A stretch of 49,186 bases of DNA, the filler included, from Basidiobolus ranarum (lineage: Eukaryota), in NCBI GenBank assembly GCA_040143965.1. It is 2 parts of 2 records of this genome, joined end to end, with 100 filler letters (N's around TTAATTAATTAA, not from the genome) between each part and the next. Parts side by side here need not be neighbours in the genome. Positions count along the whole stretch, not along the records: positions 1 to 24,576 come from JASJQH010007025.1; positions 24,677 to 49,186 come from JASJQH010007026.1. The stretch is one strand, 5' to 3'. Shown piece by piece: positions 12,088 to 25,100 of the stretch (the stretch's first letter is position 1; the number at the start of each line of letters is the position of its first letter). The notes under the pieces were generated by a model, which was given only the letters and a program-made list of their open reading frames with translations, had not been told where the DNA came from and did no database searches. A program made the position numbers and the translations under genes.

Positions 12088-14160
12088 ATGATCGTTGAAC
12101 AATCCGTACACCCTAAAGTCGATCTCGAAGATGACAAACATAAACAATACGATGAGGTGTCCGATAGCCAATGTTTGAGCGTCCCTAAGGGCTTCTCCGA
12201 TCCTGTAAATCCAGTTCCGTCTAAAATGAGAGACTCAAATCTCCCAACACCACATATCAATTGGGAGAAATACCACGAGATGTATAAGCGTAGTATCGAA
12301 CACCCCGACGCTTTCTTTGGCGACCTAGCCAGAGAGCTTCTTCACTGGTCCCAACCGTTCGAGACTGTCTCTTCCGGTTCGTTCACTAATGGTGATGTTG
12401 CGTTCTTCCATGATGGTGAAATCAATGCCTGCTACAACTGTGTTGATCGTCATGCTTTGACAAATCCAAATAAAGTTGCTATTATCTATGAACCTGACGA
12501 TCTTAAAGAAGAAGTCTTGAAGATTACCTACGAGCAATTATTGCGCGAAGTCTCTCGCCTTGCTAACCTGTATCGCTCTTATGGACTCAAAAAAGGCGAC
12601 ACCGTTGCCATCTACTTGCCCATGATCCCGGAAGCTGTTATCTCCATGTTAGCCTGTGCTAGAATTGGCCTAGTCCACAATGTTGTCTTTGCAGGTTTCT
12701 CTTCCGACTCCTTGGCTGAGCGTATCCAGGATTCATCTTGTAAGCTCTTAATCACCTCTGATGAAGGTAAACGTGGTGGCAAATCTGTCCACACCAAGAA
12801 GATTGCTGATGAAGCTCTGAAGACTTGTCCTACAATCGAAAGGGTACTAGTTGTTCAAAGAACTGGAAACCCAGAAGTATCTATGACCCCTGCTCGTGAT
12901 AGTTGGAGGCATGAGGAACTTCAAAAGGCACATCATTACTGTGCGCCCACTCCTATGCACCCTGAAGACCCACTCTTTTTGCTTTACACTTCTGGATCTA
13001 CTGGTAAGCCTAAAGGTGTTCTTCATACCACTGGTGGCTATCTTCTTGGCGCTACTTCCACCGTCAAGTATATTTTTGACCTCCATCCTGATGATATCTT
13101 CGGGTGTATGGCCGATGTCGGATGGATCACTGGTCACTCTTATATCGTCTACGGTCCACTCTCCAATGGTGTTACCACGGTTCTCTTTGAATCCATTCCC
13201 ACATACCCTAATGGTAGCCGTTACTGGGATCTGATTTCAAAGCACAAGTTAACCCAGTTTTATACTGCTCCAACAGCTATCAGGGCTCTTAAAAGACTTG
13301 GCGATCATATGGTTGAAGGGTATGACCTTTCTTCACTTCGTGTGATCGGTAGTGTCGGCGAGCCTATCAATCCAGAAGCTTGGACTTGGTATAATGAGGT
13401 TGTTGGTAAAGGACAATGTGCTGTCGTTGACACTTACTGGCAAACGGAAACTGGTTCCATCATTGTTACACCTCTTCCAGGAGCCACTCCTACCAAAGCA
13501 GGTAGCGCAACTTTACCTTTCTTTGGTATTGATGTAGTAATTTTGGACCCCCACACTGGTAAGGAATTGGAAGGGAACGACGTGACCGGAGTGTTAGCAG
13601 TTCGTAAGCCCTGGCCTTCAATGGCTCGTACCGTCTACAATGACCATCCGCGCTATTTGAGCACTTATATGCATGTTTACGATGGCTATTACTTCACTGG
13701 TGATGGTGCTACCCGTGACAAAGATGGATATATTTGGATTCGTGGGCGTGTTGACGATGTTATAAACGTATCTGGTCACCGCCTCAGTACCGCTGAGATT
13801 GAATCTGCCTTGAATACTCATGAAGCCGTTGGCGAATCTGCTGTTGTTGGTATTAATGACGATCTAACAGGACAAGCAATTTGCTGCTTCCTCACCCTCA
13901 AGCCCGAATTTGCAGATCAAGAAGAGACTAGCATTCAAAAGGCTCTTATTCTCCAAATTCGTAAAGTTATCGGGCCTTTTGCTCACCCGAAAAAGATCAT
14001 CATTGTTGAAGACCTTCCCAAGACTAGATCCGGAAAAATCATTCGCCGCGTGCTTAGAAAGATCATTGCTGGAGAAGCCGATACTCTTGGGGATCTTAGT
14101 ACCATGGCTGACCCAAGTATTGTTGAAGGATTGATTGCTAAAGTTGCAGGAAGTGCTTAA
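12088..14160 (+). CDS. ACS: AMP-forming acetyl-CoA synthetase, intronless
   Basis: [52 protein letters not shown] and PKTRSGK (acetylation Lys). First ATG is at 12088; the ORF track starts at an upstream TTG. Confidence 0.98.
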   Translation: MIVEQSVHPKVDLEDDKHKQYDEVSDSQCLSVPKGFSDPVNPVPSKMRDSNLPTPHINWEKYHEMYKRSIEHPDAFFGDLARELLHWSQPFETVSSGSFTNGDVAFFHDGEINACYNCVDRHALTNPNKVAIIYEPDDLKEEVLKITYEQLLREVSRLANLYRSYGLKKGDTVAIYLPMIPEAVISMLACARIGLVHNVVFAGFSSDSLAERIQDSSCKLLITSDEGKRGGKSVHTKKIADEALKTCPTIERVLVVQRTGNPEVSMTPARDSWRHEELQKAHHYCAPTPMHPEDPLFLLYTSGSTGKPKGVLHTTGGYLLGATSTVKYIFDLHPDDIFGCMADVGWITGHSYIVYGPLSNGVTTVLFESIPTYPNGSRYWDLISKHKLTQFYTAPTAIRALKRLGDHMVEGYDLSSLRVIGSVGEPINPEAWTWYNEVVGKGQCAVVDTYWQTETGSIIVTPLPGATPTKAGSATLPFFGIDVVILDPHTGKELEGNDVTGVLAVRKPWPSMARTVYNDHPRYLSTYMHVYDGYYFTGDGATRDKDGYIWIRGRVDDVINVSGHRLSTAEIESALNTHEAVGESAVVGINDDLTGQAICCFLTLKPEFADQEETSIQKALILQIRKVIGPFAHPKKIIIVEDLPKTRSGKIIRRVLRKIIAGEADTLGDLSTMADPSIVEGLIAKVAGSA

Positions 14161-14925
14161 ATCCAACGCCATATCCCTATTTACCAACATACCGACCTCG
14201 TCAATACATCTCACGTAGTTATATTTGCCTATGCATTAGTTTGTATTTTCTACACAATCTGTACATGATTATTAACACGCCTACCATGGGAAGGAACCGA
14301 AAGTTTACACAAGAGTTGATGCACTCCTTTGGTTCTTTCCTTAACAACACTCATCCTTCCTTTGTACGTCTATATTCTCTAATTCTTTGCATCAATAAAT
14401 TCTTTGCATTAACAAATCCCAGCTGCATCATTCATTTGCAAAATAGCCGATGTTATCAAGAGTGAAGTCGCTTATCTGGCCGAATGCTGTAAATGGGGTT
14501 TGTGTTTCGAGACCATTCTAGTATATTCTAATGCGTATGAAATTTCTTCATGATTGCTCTAGACCATGATACCTTACCAACTAACCCCGGAGATTTTCTA
14601 CTTGAATTTTCCTTGATTCTCTCGATTGAGGAGTAGGGTGGAAGGTACAGAGTCGAGCCTCAAGGCTGAGTTCCCTTTTTGAATGTCAAATATCATGAGC
14701 TATGCCAAGAAAATGAATCAACAATATTGAAATTATCATCTTCCCATTTGGGAAAGAGGTAGATACCAATAAGGTGCGAATTCTTGTCAAAATATCATTT
14801 CAGTTAATTTTTATAGTGTATGTGACATATACATATGATTAAGGGATTTCTTCGTTTCTCAGTTAATCGAAGAACTATCATTGCGGGAGTGATGTACATC
14901 AAGGGCCTAGTGGCCTTTGGTTAGA

Positions 14926-15782
14926 CTAGTTTTTAGAGTCAGCATTCTTGACAGCAGTGTAGATCAAGAATGGACGGCCAGGCATCGCGTCATTTCCTCC
15001 CTGGAAGTCCTCTAATTGATCTTTGGAGACAGCGGTGACGTCAACATCTCCGAATCCAAGGTCACTTAAACTCTTAGTGAACATATCCGCCGTAGGCAAA
15101 AACATATCTTTATCCAAATGCTCCGAATGGAAAGAGGGAGCATCCATGCTAGTACTGCCAAGATTTCTTCCAAACAAAACCCCATTAGGCTTCAAGAGTT
15201 GACAAACTCGGGAGAGAATCTTATCTTGCTCTTCTCTTGTGAAGAGATGTAAAAAGCTACCAAGATATATGACGTCAAACTCCAGATCCGCCACTTTGTC
15301 GGACCATTCTTCACTAAGAATATCTGCAACAATGAACTTCATTGGTCCATCTCTATCCTTGAATAGATCATAGCCAAGTTCAATAAACTCTGAGGAGATA
15401 TCTAATCCTACCAAGTTATTCCCGGGAAACCCATCAATAATCAGCTTACGTAAGTCGGCACCAAAGCAACAGCCCAAGTCCAGTACTTTCAAGTCTTTTC
15501 TTTTCTTGTTTAAATCCAAAAGACTGGGGTAGAAAGGGTGGGTCTTCATACGAAGAAGCTTGAACTTCTGTACGATGTAGAAGCGAAATACCTAAACAAA
15601 GAGGTAAGTAACGAGTTATACTTGCTATCTTTCGAAATTCTTACTTTGAGTGCTTTCTCTCGGATTTCCGACACATGTTGAAAAATGGCTTCTCTATCGT
15701 CATCTCCGAAATACGCCCTGAAAAGCTCGTAATTTTCATCGGAAAGTTGGAATTCTTGTGAATCAATATTATCGCCAGACAT
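14926..15782 (-). CDS. Class I SAM-dependent methyltransferase (AusD-like family), 2 exons
   Basis: Intron 15592-15644 joins the two ORFs (..IREKALK|VFRFYIVQKFKLLRMKTHPFY..); VLDLGCCFGADLRKLIIDG, GLDIS.EFIELGYDLFKD, SFLHLF and LKPNG motifs. Confidence 0.85.
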
Positions 15783-16502
15783 GTTGAAGAGGTGGTAATA
15801 TTCACACTATCAATGTTGACTACATTTATATGTTGATGACGCTTCTTCGGCGATTGAATTTTCCCACAATTGAGATTGATGAATTTTGATTTACTCCTAA
15901 CATATTGATTCTATAAAAAATATACCTTGTAAAACGGGAATGAATCCCCGCGCTAATAGTAACAATGGGAGATGCTTTGTTTCTAAAGCGATGTATATTT
16001 AATTCATGTGTGCTATTGTGACGATTAATCAGGTTCCTTAAGAAGGGTGACTATTACCTATTTGTCCAAGCTTTCCATGAACACCGGTCTCATCCCTTTC
16101 TTGTCCCATCTTCATATTATTAAATATCGAATGGGTAGGGGATGTGCCGTGTATATCAAATGTCAAATGAGCTACGATTTTCGGATTTATTGGTCACAAG
16201 AGGAATGGATGTAGGTGCTACTGGAAGTCACAAATAATGCAAATGAAGCTGATTCGATATAAACGTTGTTAACAGAAGAGGTAAGAAAGATAAAGAGAAA
16301 GTGAAGAAAACCCCCCCTAATTAATTCGTAAGAATGTACATGTATAATAACCATTTAAAAAACAAGTGGGACATCCATAAGATTTCTGAGTAAGAGGAGA
16401 GGATATCTGAGATATGGAAAATAATCGACATTCGGTAGACGAAGATCCTTATCAGTAGAATTGAATTTCATTTCAAGAATATGTCTAAAAGCCTTCTGTA
16501 GA

Positions 16503-17275
16503 TTAACTAAACTCATCATGGTTGGAGTCTGCGTTATCATGCTCTCCTTGTAACTTTTCTTTAGCTTCCAGCTCCGCGATTTCTGATGCCGTTAGGAAGC
16601 GACCACCAGGGCCACGAGGACGACGCATTGCATGCTTGTGCCGAGATTCATGAAGGTATTTCTATTATAATCTAGTGAGCAATTTGTGAAGTTGACGTTT
16701 ATCCTTTATACTCCTATCACTTACCTTACGCCCTCTGGCTAATTTATTTGCTGCCTCTAGTTTAGCCCGAGCAGCACGTCTTTTTAGAATACGATGATAT
16801 TGCTTTGCATTAACATAAAGTGGTTCCTCTGTTTCCTCCGCAGTTGCGTTTCCAAGAAGCAAGGCGTGTGCAGTAGGTACCATTGACTATTGAAGAACAG
16901 TTTAAGTATAAATCCAAAAGGTAGATGAATAAATATGTATATGGGTCAGTACCAGTCCATAGGAATTGGTGTAGTTAGCCGCTAAGCGACTTGGATCAAA
17001 TTGACCAGTAACGGTTCGAGTTGGGTCTGACTAGTTCAGAGGTATCAATAAACAATAACCACAAAGTTGGAAGAACATCTCTTTAATATTATTGCGTGTT
17101 TATATACTGGTGTGTCATAAACAGTGCTTACCGGATCGACGTAAGCAGTAGTTTGATTAGTGAGAGCGGCATAGTTGTTTACTTCTAATGGATTCGCTTG
17201 GCGATCAACTTGGTTCTCTTGGGCTAGAGGAAGGTGTAAGGGACTATCCGAAGCAGCTGCTTGATGAACTTCCAT
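16503..17275 (-). CDS. HAP2: CCAAT-binding complex subunit Hap2/NF-YA (4 coding exons)
   Basis: [25 protein letters not shown]...[26 protein letters not shown]; stop at 16503-16505. Probable additional 5'UTR intron with GTAAGT donor at 17593. Confidence 0.95.
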
Positions 17276-17953
17276 TTCTTAAAGCTTGCAGTGATCTAAC
17301 TCGTTAATAGAAACATCGTAAGTCAGATAAAGTGTTGGGTTATTGTGTGGTTTAATATTGAAGAGGAAAGCGAGGGCATAGTCAAAGAAGATAGTAACTC
17401 AGGTAAGACTAACTGACAAATGAATAAAGAGGAAAAAGGGTCAACAGTCACTTATGACTGAGGTTATCTTTTCATTACCCAACCAAACTACTCACCAGTA
17501 ATAATGAAAGGCGAGTCTTGACAAAGAGAGCACCAATAGAAGAAGAGCTGAGGTGAAATGAAAGGATAAGGTGAATAATGAGCAACCACTTACAGACCGA
17601 GATTGTTGACCTGAGGCAGATGTGATAATGATAGAAAGAGAACCAACGGAATTCAAGAAAGCTGGATAGAGCCAAGTTCTCTGACCTCTCAGGAGCAAGT
17701 AAAATTCAAGTATCTAGGATTTTACCAGGGATCCGTAAGTTAGCCCATCTTTTTTCAAGAGATTTTTTTCTGTAGTGATGGTCCCTATTTTCATGGGATC
17801 AGGATCATCCTCTCACAATGCTTGGCCCTGAAACGTGATCATCACTTTGATGAAAATTTATATATCATCTTTTAGTTTCAAGAAAGAATAACAAAGATTG
17901 GAAAAGCCACATGTTAATTTCTCTTGTATATACAAACAACTTGTTCTTTAATA

Positions 17954-18884
17954 ATGTCGATCAGTAACGAACAGCCGGCAGTTGAGATCAAAAAAAGACC
18001 GGTTATAAAGAATGTCTTCGGGGATCCGTTCAAGATTGACTGGTATATTTTTACTTGTATCCTATGACTTGACTCCATAATTTTAATCAGCTCTGTAATC
18101 AGGCCTATACTTAACTCGGAAGTTGAAAAACAAATAGTCGAAAAGATTTGCGAGTGAGTAATAATAGCACAGTTTAATCGTAGAGGCTTGAATGAAAGAT
18201 TTTAGTATATAGAGGTTTTTAATTTTATTTCGAGCTTCTTAGAATAATCTCACCAGTTGGTAAATATCGTTTACAAAATACAAAGCAAGCTCGTATAGCA
18301 AGAAAACAGAAGAAGGAGTCTACTTCGTCAGTAATTGTATCGGAAAAATCCCCTTCCCCTTCAATTTCAAGCCAGTTCTGTTTTGGCTTGAAGGAGATAT
18401 TACGTGGATTAGGTAAAACTGGTAAAGCATCGCCCTTTCACTTGATACTCGCTTGCCACGAAGATATCGAAGCAACGATCCTGCTTGCAGATGTTTTGAA
18501 GTTGGCGGTACAGAAAAATACACTAGTATGCGGTTTAAGTAAAGGCACTACAGAGAAGCTTGGTTTGGCTTTAGGACAAAAACGAGTAACCTGTCTTGGA
18601 ATTAAGGTTGTTTTGCTTTTCTTTGCAATATTTTTGCTATCACATAATTAACTCTTGGCTTGCCTGAAATACAGAACAACGCAGCGGAATTTCCCGAAAT
18701 TATAGACTTGTTAGAACAAAATATTGAAAGGATACCCAATCCTTGGATCGAGGTGACTTCATCAGAACCTGATCAAGAAAACAAACACGAATGCATGCCT
18801 GTATTGAAGCAGACTAGGATTAAACGACTCCGTACATTTGCACCAATTTTAAGTAAAATCCCAAAGAAGAAAACTAAATGCTAA
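17954..18884 (+). CDS. POP3: RNase P/MRP subunit Pop3/Rpp38 (L7Ae-like fold), 4 exons
   Basis: Spliced: MSISNEQ...KNVFGDPFKIDWPILNSEVEKQIVEKIC|EIISPVGKYR...FCFGLKEILRGL...LGLALGQKRVTCLGIK|...IPNPWI; matches the Pop3 pattern P(F)..WP...IL..L...P.G..R and G.N.V...L. Confidence 0.75.
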
Positions 18885-19169
18885 TGAAAATGAAGATAGA
18901 ATAAAGTTTTCGTGTATCATACAAAATGCTCTATTTATGTATACGTCTAGTACAAAGCTATTAAAAGCAGAGTTGACCAATAAATATCTAGGCAAAGCAA
19001 CTTGTAGTGCTTGGCGTGATGCGCTTGGGATTAGTGCAAGATGAAATTCGAGATTGACAGTAGATGACAGTCGCCTCGTGTCAGGTAGTACACCCTGATT
19101 GGATGCTATGTATAGAAGCATTTCTCATAATTTCAACGGGCTTTGATACATGTATAACTTGAGAGTTGC

Positions 19170-20990
19170 TTAAAAATTGATAGCATTTTTACAACTTGTA
19201 TTCTTAGTGATAGGTGGTTTTGCTCGCTGCCCCTTAGGTGGTGTATCCCGATTTGCATCCCGATTCACCATAGGATGGTGATTTTGGTACCGATTCGGTA
19301 GTTCTTCTTGAACGATGGGCATGTTTGGTTGATAGCTAATAAATGGATAAGAGTTTCCACTTCGACCAGATACCTCACTGCGCGTTGGTGAATTAGCCCT
19401 GAAATCCAAGTCTCCAGTATTCCGATCTTGATAAGATATCTGTATACTTGGTGACGGAGGTAACGAGTATTTTGGAGCAGTTTCATATTGTTGGTATGGG
19501 TTGGGTGGAAGGTAAGGTATTGCAGGTGTATGTGTATGTTGTATTACTACTCCATTTGAGTACTCAGGAGGGTTTACGTTATCCAAGGTCAATCCATTCC
19601 CCGTAGAAATATACCTATCGCTATTGGGATGCAGCCCCAGATGTGACAAGTCATTAGAAGTTTCCTTTGAGTCATGCTTTTCAACTAGCTCTGCTTTGTG
19701 AAGCTTGTCAATATAGGGAAGGGTTGGATTTTGCTGGGCTTTGCATTGCCTTTGCTGCTTGGTACGATACTCTCTATTAGCTGCAATAGCTTGTGCTCGT
19801 CGATCAGTAGCTCCAGAAGTTGTGCTGGATTCAGATGTTAAGGATGCCAGGCTCATTTTGCGTCCGACACACTCCTCTCCTCGAGGTCCCAAAAAATTAG
19901 TACTAGGTGCGTCTATACGGTATTCAAGCGCGTATTTCTTTTCTTCTGTGTCGATGAACTGAGCCAAGCTCGATTGTATGCAGAACTCTTCTTTGAAGGC
20001 ATCAATATTAGGTTTAGTGGGTTGTACTGTACCATTGAGTAGTTGTTCACGTATAATACGTTTGCGATTTCTGGTTCGAAGAAGCTCTGAAATCCTAACA
20101 ATACAATATAATGCCGATTAAGACCAGATTCTTATAGTGTATACAACCCTCTGCCTCTCATATACCTCTTATCAATTTTGTGACAGCAGTACTCTTTGAG
20201 GTTTCCACGAATCTCACAAACCAGTGGGATGTATAAAACTGCAGCGAACATAGTTGTTATGGCAGAGACTATGAACAGTAAACAAGGTATACCCATTGTC
20301 ACGATAGATATCTTTTTATCTATAGGCAAGCCCAGATACCACGTATTCAAATGACTAGCATTACCCTTAATACTGAAAAATAGCGTATATCCGTTAACAA
20401 ATCGACGTGCAGCTTCAGCAAAGAACATTCGTTTCCAGCCTAAATCAAAGCATTAGTATCATTAATTAACGAAGGGTTCACACCCATGAGAAATCTTCTT
20501 AAAGTTAACCTTTGAGGGCGAAAAAAACAAAAAAAGCCAAATCATCTTTGAATCGCTTTTGGTTGTGAATTTGGTTAAAAAAGCAATAATGTGCGTATGA
20601 CCGAAGGGTGTAGTAACGGTTGGCGATAATAGAGGTGAAGGTAAACGATATATCGCTAGATAATATAACAGCTCTAGCCTTTTTCAACTCCAAAAAGAGT
20701 AGTATATATGAAGCAATGATGGAACCAACAAAGATCCAACGGATATACGCCAACTTCTCCAAGTCTTTGTTGATATCAGATGTCCAAGAATTGAAGAAAA
20801 TCAACATGACAGCGGTATATATATCTAGGACATAGATGAGGATGGACTTTATCGTGAAGAGAAAGATGAAGCAATATTTGAACTTGGTGAAGAAACGATC
20901 TTCGTAAAACTCATCAACATCCACAAAATCGAATTTATGATCGTTAATGACCTCTCGTTTCCACTTTGCCTCTCCTCTACAGCAACACAT
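19170..20990 (-). CDS. KCH1: Kch1/Kch2(Prm6)-family fungal low-affinity K+ transporter, 3 exons
   Basis: WKREVINDHKFDFVDVDEF, DIYTAV.L, YAHYCFF..I, F.LKGWKRMFFAEA.R, YIPLVCEIRGNLKEYCCHKIDKRISELL and QPTLP-like motifs; introns 20440-20509 and 20095-20165. Confidence 0.88.
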
Positions 20991-21535
20991 AATTAACGCT
21001 AAAGAAACGGTAACTTCAGTTTAAGAAAAAGGGTTTCAAGTATCTAGTTGTGAGGATTAAATGACGAGATGAAATTCTCGAATATTATAGAAGGCAATTG
21101 ATGAAATAGTGGAGTCAGAAGCAAATAACTGGGGCGCTTTCATAGTTTTATTCGCATGAAAGTCAAAAAATCACGTTAGTATATTCTCCGAATATTACAA
21201 TGGATTAGTTGAGGGGAAACGGTGAGCTTGAATATTGTTAACGAAGCAAATTCAGTTGGGATGTAGTGCAGCTAAATGGAGCCATTATTTACTGGACAAT
21301 CTTGCTTATTGATTAAACGAGAAACGACGTTGGCCAGTATTATGCTTAGTCCTGATAATAAGGGCCCAAACAGTCCCACTTAGTGGCTGCAATTGAAGTA
21401 TAATAAAAGCCAATAGGTATTAGAATAATAACAATCCATTTATACAGAGCAATGTTTGGTTTTCTAATGGAATCTCAGTGGTGTTGATCCCGCACAACAA
21501 TCAATGGCCATTATTCACTTGCATTACAACTAGAG

Positions 21536-21630
21536 GTTATCCGTCAGTTAGTTATCCGTCCGTTAATGAATTATCCTGTGTATCATTATCCGTCAGTTAG
21601 TTATCCGTCAGTCAAATGAATTATCTTGTC
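21536..21630. repeat. Imperfect nested tandem repeat (about 49-bp unit x2, containing TTATCCGTC x4)
   Basis: TTATCCGTCAGTTAGTTATCCGTCCGTTAATGAATTATCCTGT followed by TTATCCGTCAGTTAGTTATCCGTCAGTCAAATGAATTATCTTGT. Confidence 0.9.
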
Positions 21631-22054
21631 GACCTTTGTCCGATACTTAACGGCTAAACTATGCATGCGATCGTGAACAACAAATGTGTGACATGACTCA
21701 ACTATATATGGCTCAGAGCAGTCCACATTAAACTATTTCACACACAGTTGAGTCATACAGAAAGTGAATATTCATTTGTTTCTGAAAAGACCATTTTCTA
21801 CTAGTATTTTCCACTCATGATCAACTTTTTTACTCTTTTTTACAATACATATAATAATGAAATGCTGTAGTAGTGTGAATGCGTATTCGGTCATAGAGTA
21901 GGAATTGACGGCATAGCTTAGTTTGTTTCTCAATCAACTCTTGAATGACTCATCTAAGGAAACCAGCAGTAGAGTGCAGTTGAACTGAATGCTCTAACTT
22001 GAGGGGATCTAGAGCTTGGGTAACTTATTTGCAATGTGTATGTTACACTCAGAC

Positions 22055-23270
22055 TCATGATCTCGTATTTCTTTCGGATAAGGGAATATCATTCCGCACT
22101 AAATATGACTCAAATAGAGATCCAAAGAACTGGCAATCCCTTGTTGGACACTCATAAGTCGATTTTGGGGCATGTACAGCATTGGATATTAAATGATGGT
22201 TGTTCATATGATCAAAAGGCTCATTAACCCTACTGAACGGTAGAGAAAACAGCGGGGCAGTGGGTGTCAAGGTTGGGGAAGTGGATGCCGTTCGCATATT
22301 ACTATAGCTAGCCACTTTCCCATCATAAGGATTCAGATTCGATGTCAAGTCGAAGTACAACTGAGAATCTGGAGAGTGGCTGGTACGATGCTTAGATGGC
22401 AGGTAATCAATTGATGATTTACGCTTAGCTGTGAAATGGCCATAGCTATATTTTATAAAACCTGAGTATTCAGAATAACACCACTGGATAGAAACCAAAT
22501 CTGACCTTTTCCCTGTCACCTTTGAACTTCTGCGGATTCTAATCCTGGCTCCTTGGTCCGAAAAAGAGCGAGATAGAAATGTAGATTCATCCATCCCTGG
22601 AAAGAACTTGGAAGGGTAGACCCGAAAAATATCTGAACAAATAGATTTCAAAAGAATGGCTTTTCCGCTGCAAGTAAAGCTCGTTGTAAGAGGAAGATCT
22701 TTGGAAAGAAGCCTGTTAAGATACCTACCTGGTTACTTCATAGAGACGGAAACGCAGGCGATAATCACCCTGAACTCGAACTACAACCTCGGGAAATATA
22801 AAGAACCCACCGTCCGTATTGTCAATATCTTTCAATTTGTGGATCGAAGATGACAAGGTCCCGCTTATAGCGAATGGTGGTATGGCCTCGTCCATGACAT
22901 CCTCAGGGCCCACTAAAGTCACTGTTGCGAACAGTGAGGGGTTTTGCAATAGATTACTACGAAGCTAGTTAGCGAGATGCTCATAGAAGTTACTTGCTAA
23001 AATATGACCTACTTATCATATGAAACATCATCTCCAGTTGTAACTTGTACAATTGGAGGAGGATCAATCGGTTTCTCCCCAATTTTGTCCTTAGCACTGC
23101 TGACCTTTGCTCGTTTTGGCTGCTGCCTGATAACAAGGGTGTAATTCCTAAAGCAAGACATGGTAAGCGGGGCCCATGGATCACATAGATAAAAAAGCGG
23201 CATACTTTAGATCGTGTTTAAATCCTTCGTCGATATTGACGAAACGATGAGCTCCGGTAGTGTTGGTCAT
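22055..23270 (-). CDS. Velvet-domain transcription factor (VosA/VelC-like; C-terminal exon structure uncertain)
   Basis: [15 protein letters not shown]...[92 protein letters not shown]. Confidence 0.93.
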
Positions 23271-24576
23271 TGTGTGTAGATGCTCAATATCCCTAACCTG
23301 AATCAGTTTAAATACTTTTAAACAGGAAATGTCTGTGGCAGTGCGATTGGACAAACACAGACGCTTCATCGGTTTAGTATCACAATGAAATATCACTCGG
23401 GGTGAATTCTTTTATGTTCGAGGCAGCATCCATCAAAGAGAGTCTCAAGTTTGATGCCAAAGCTAGCTTCAATATAGCAAACTGTAAAAGGAAACCTTTG
23501 CATACAGGTTATTGCTTAAAAGGAATATCTTCAATCCACTTACGTAGCTTAACCATAATTACTTCTGTGACACTTCTGTAATACTAGCACTGAATGAAAA
23601 TCAATAGAAAACTAATTAACCGATCAGTGTGGTTAAGATGCTCACCATTCACTCGAATCACTGCCATTCCATTTGGCAGGTATGTTCTACGGATAGTGCA
23701 GCGGTAGTAACAGTAAGTAGTCCAAGTAGGGTGTATTGACGCTATTTGTGACCCTCATATATGCTGATATTATCTAATCTTGGACTAACTGATCTTCATA
23801 GCCATTGGTGAACTCTGGCAAATATACCAGGAATACAAGTTCATGTGTTGAAGAATCACCTGATACTCATTTATGCATGTTCAAACGACAATGCTACTTT
23901 TCAGGTGCACAGCTGTTGCTTTTGTGCAATGCTCGCACCGAGCAATCGACAAACCTTATGGAAAATACTTTTGGTGTTCGCCACTTTCATAGCGGATATT
24001 AACATTAGAATATACGCTTTTTCTTAATGCTTACGGGAGTACCGGAACAAGCGCACTCTTTCTACCACATGTCACGTGGAGCCCCATGTTACCATAACAT
24101 GTATGGAGTTAAAAACCTAAGCTGTCTTATCCTAATGGGCCTAGAAGCCCATTCTCACTAAAACACTCACCTAGAATAGCAAATTAGAAGTCATCGATGT
24201 TTCCTCAGTTGAAATATGTTGTACAGGCATAAACCCGTGTACATACCTACAGTCATTGATTGAATATGATAACTCTACAATTTAAGAGACCAAAGTAGCC
24301 GTCACTGAGTAGAATACTGTCAATATATCAATACAAATAGCAATTATTCCCTATAAATAAAAAGAACTTGACTAAATCCTAGGTGTTTGTTACGTGTGAA
24401 CAAGTACAACCTTACTTGGTAAAGATTATTTAGGGAACATTTGTGTGATAACTTATTTTGTGTTTCGAAACCAGTTTCTAATAACGAATATTAAGGTTAC
24501 TGAATGTCACAGTGGTTGCTCTATATGTTCCATTTGACTAGAGAAATTTTGAAGTGCAAAGATCACAAACCCACCC

Positions 24577-24676
24577 NNNNNNNNNNNNNNNNNNNNNNNN
24601 NNNNNNNNNNNNNNNNNNNNTTAATTAATTAANNNNNNNNNNNNNNNNNNNNNNNNNNNNNNNNNNNNNNNNNNNN
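24577..24676. other. Artificial 100-nt contig spacer: 44 N + TTAATTAATTAA + 44 N
   Basis: Symmetric N runs around a palindromic 12-mer that has stop codons in all six frames. Confidence 0.95.
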
Positions 24677-24681
24677 TCTTG

Positions 24682-24787
24682 ACAAAACTATAAATGTCAA
24701 CTTTCTACTCAATAAATCAATAAGTGAAAAGCACCAATTCCTCTAATTCTCCAAACCACTTCCAACAGGCTCCCAAATACTTTAACA
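24682..24787 (-). mobile_element. Partial repeat copy at contig start, probable LTR terminus (reads TGTTAAAG... outward)
   Basis: Reverse complement of 49081-49186 with one mismatch (at 24731); similarity stops right after ...TTTAACA. Confidence 0.65.
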
Positions 24788-24849
24788 ATTTGAATAGAAA
24801 ATATGCTCATACTACACATTCAAAGCCATTGGCACTACTGTTTGTTAGC

Positions 24850-25100
24850 TCCAGTAAAAAATGATTTGGACATGTTGATGGTAACTCAAGGCTTCATTAG
24901 TACCATCAACTGCCTTTTGTATGAGTGACTTGAGAAAATGAGTGATTGCTCTGGCTAAAGAAATTAAGCCAAAGGGTACAATTAACGTAACTGTTAGGGT
25001 GCATATATAATTAAAATGAACTGGCACCTTGCATATTTCTAACACATCATGGATAATATCCTGCTTGCTTGGATTTATATTCGCAAATTCATGATACATG
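24850..25100 (-). pseudogene. Possible highly degenerate retroelement reverse-transcriptase remnant
   Basis: LIVPFGL...F...I.KAV.G...LSY...VQII loosely follows the (M/V)PFGL...Y.DD spacing but lacks DD; adjacent to the LTR-like repeat. Confidence 0.2.

Noticed and set aside
21536-21630. Repeat array as a possible CRISPR
   Set aside because: Eukaryotic context, no unique spacers, no cas genes.
22009-22100. Alternative velvet 3' exon ending LPKL (PTS1-like)
   Set aside because: Splice sites are weak and speculative, and a peroxisomal velvet factor is implausible without transcript evidence.
24621-24632. Perfect palindrome TTAATTAATTAA inside the N run
   Set aside because: Synthetic six-frame-stop linker centred in a 100-nt spacer; not biological. 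Adjacency of the two halves of the window is therefore unproven.
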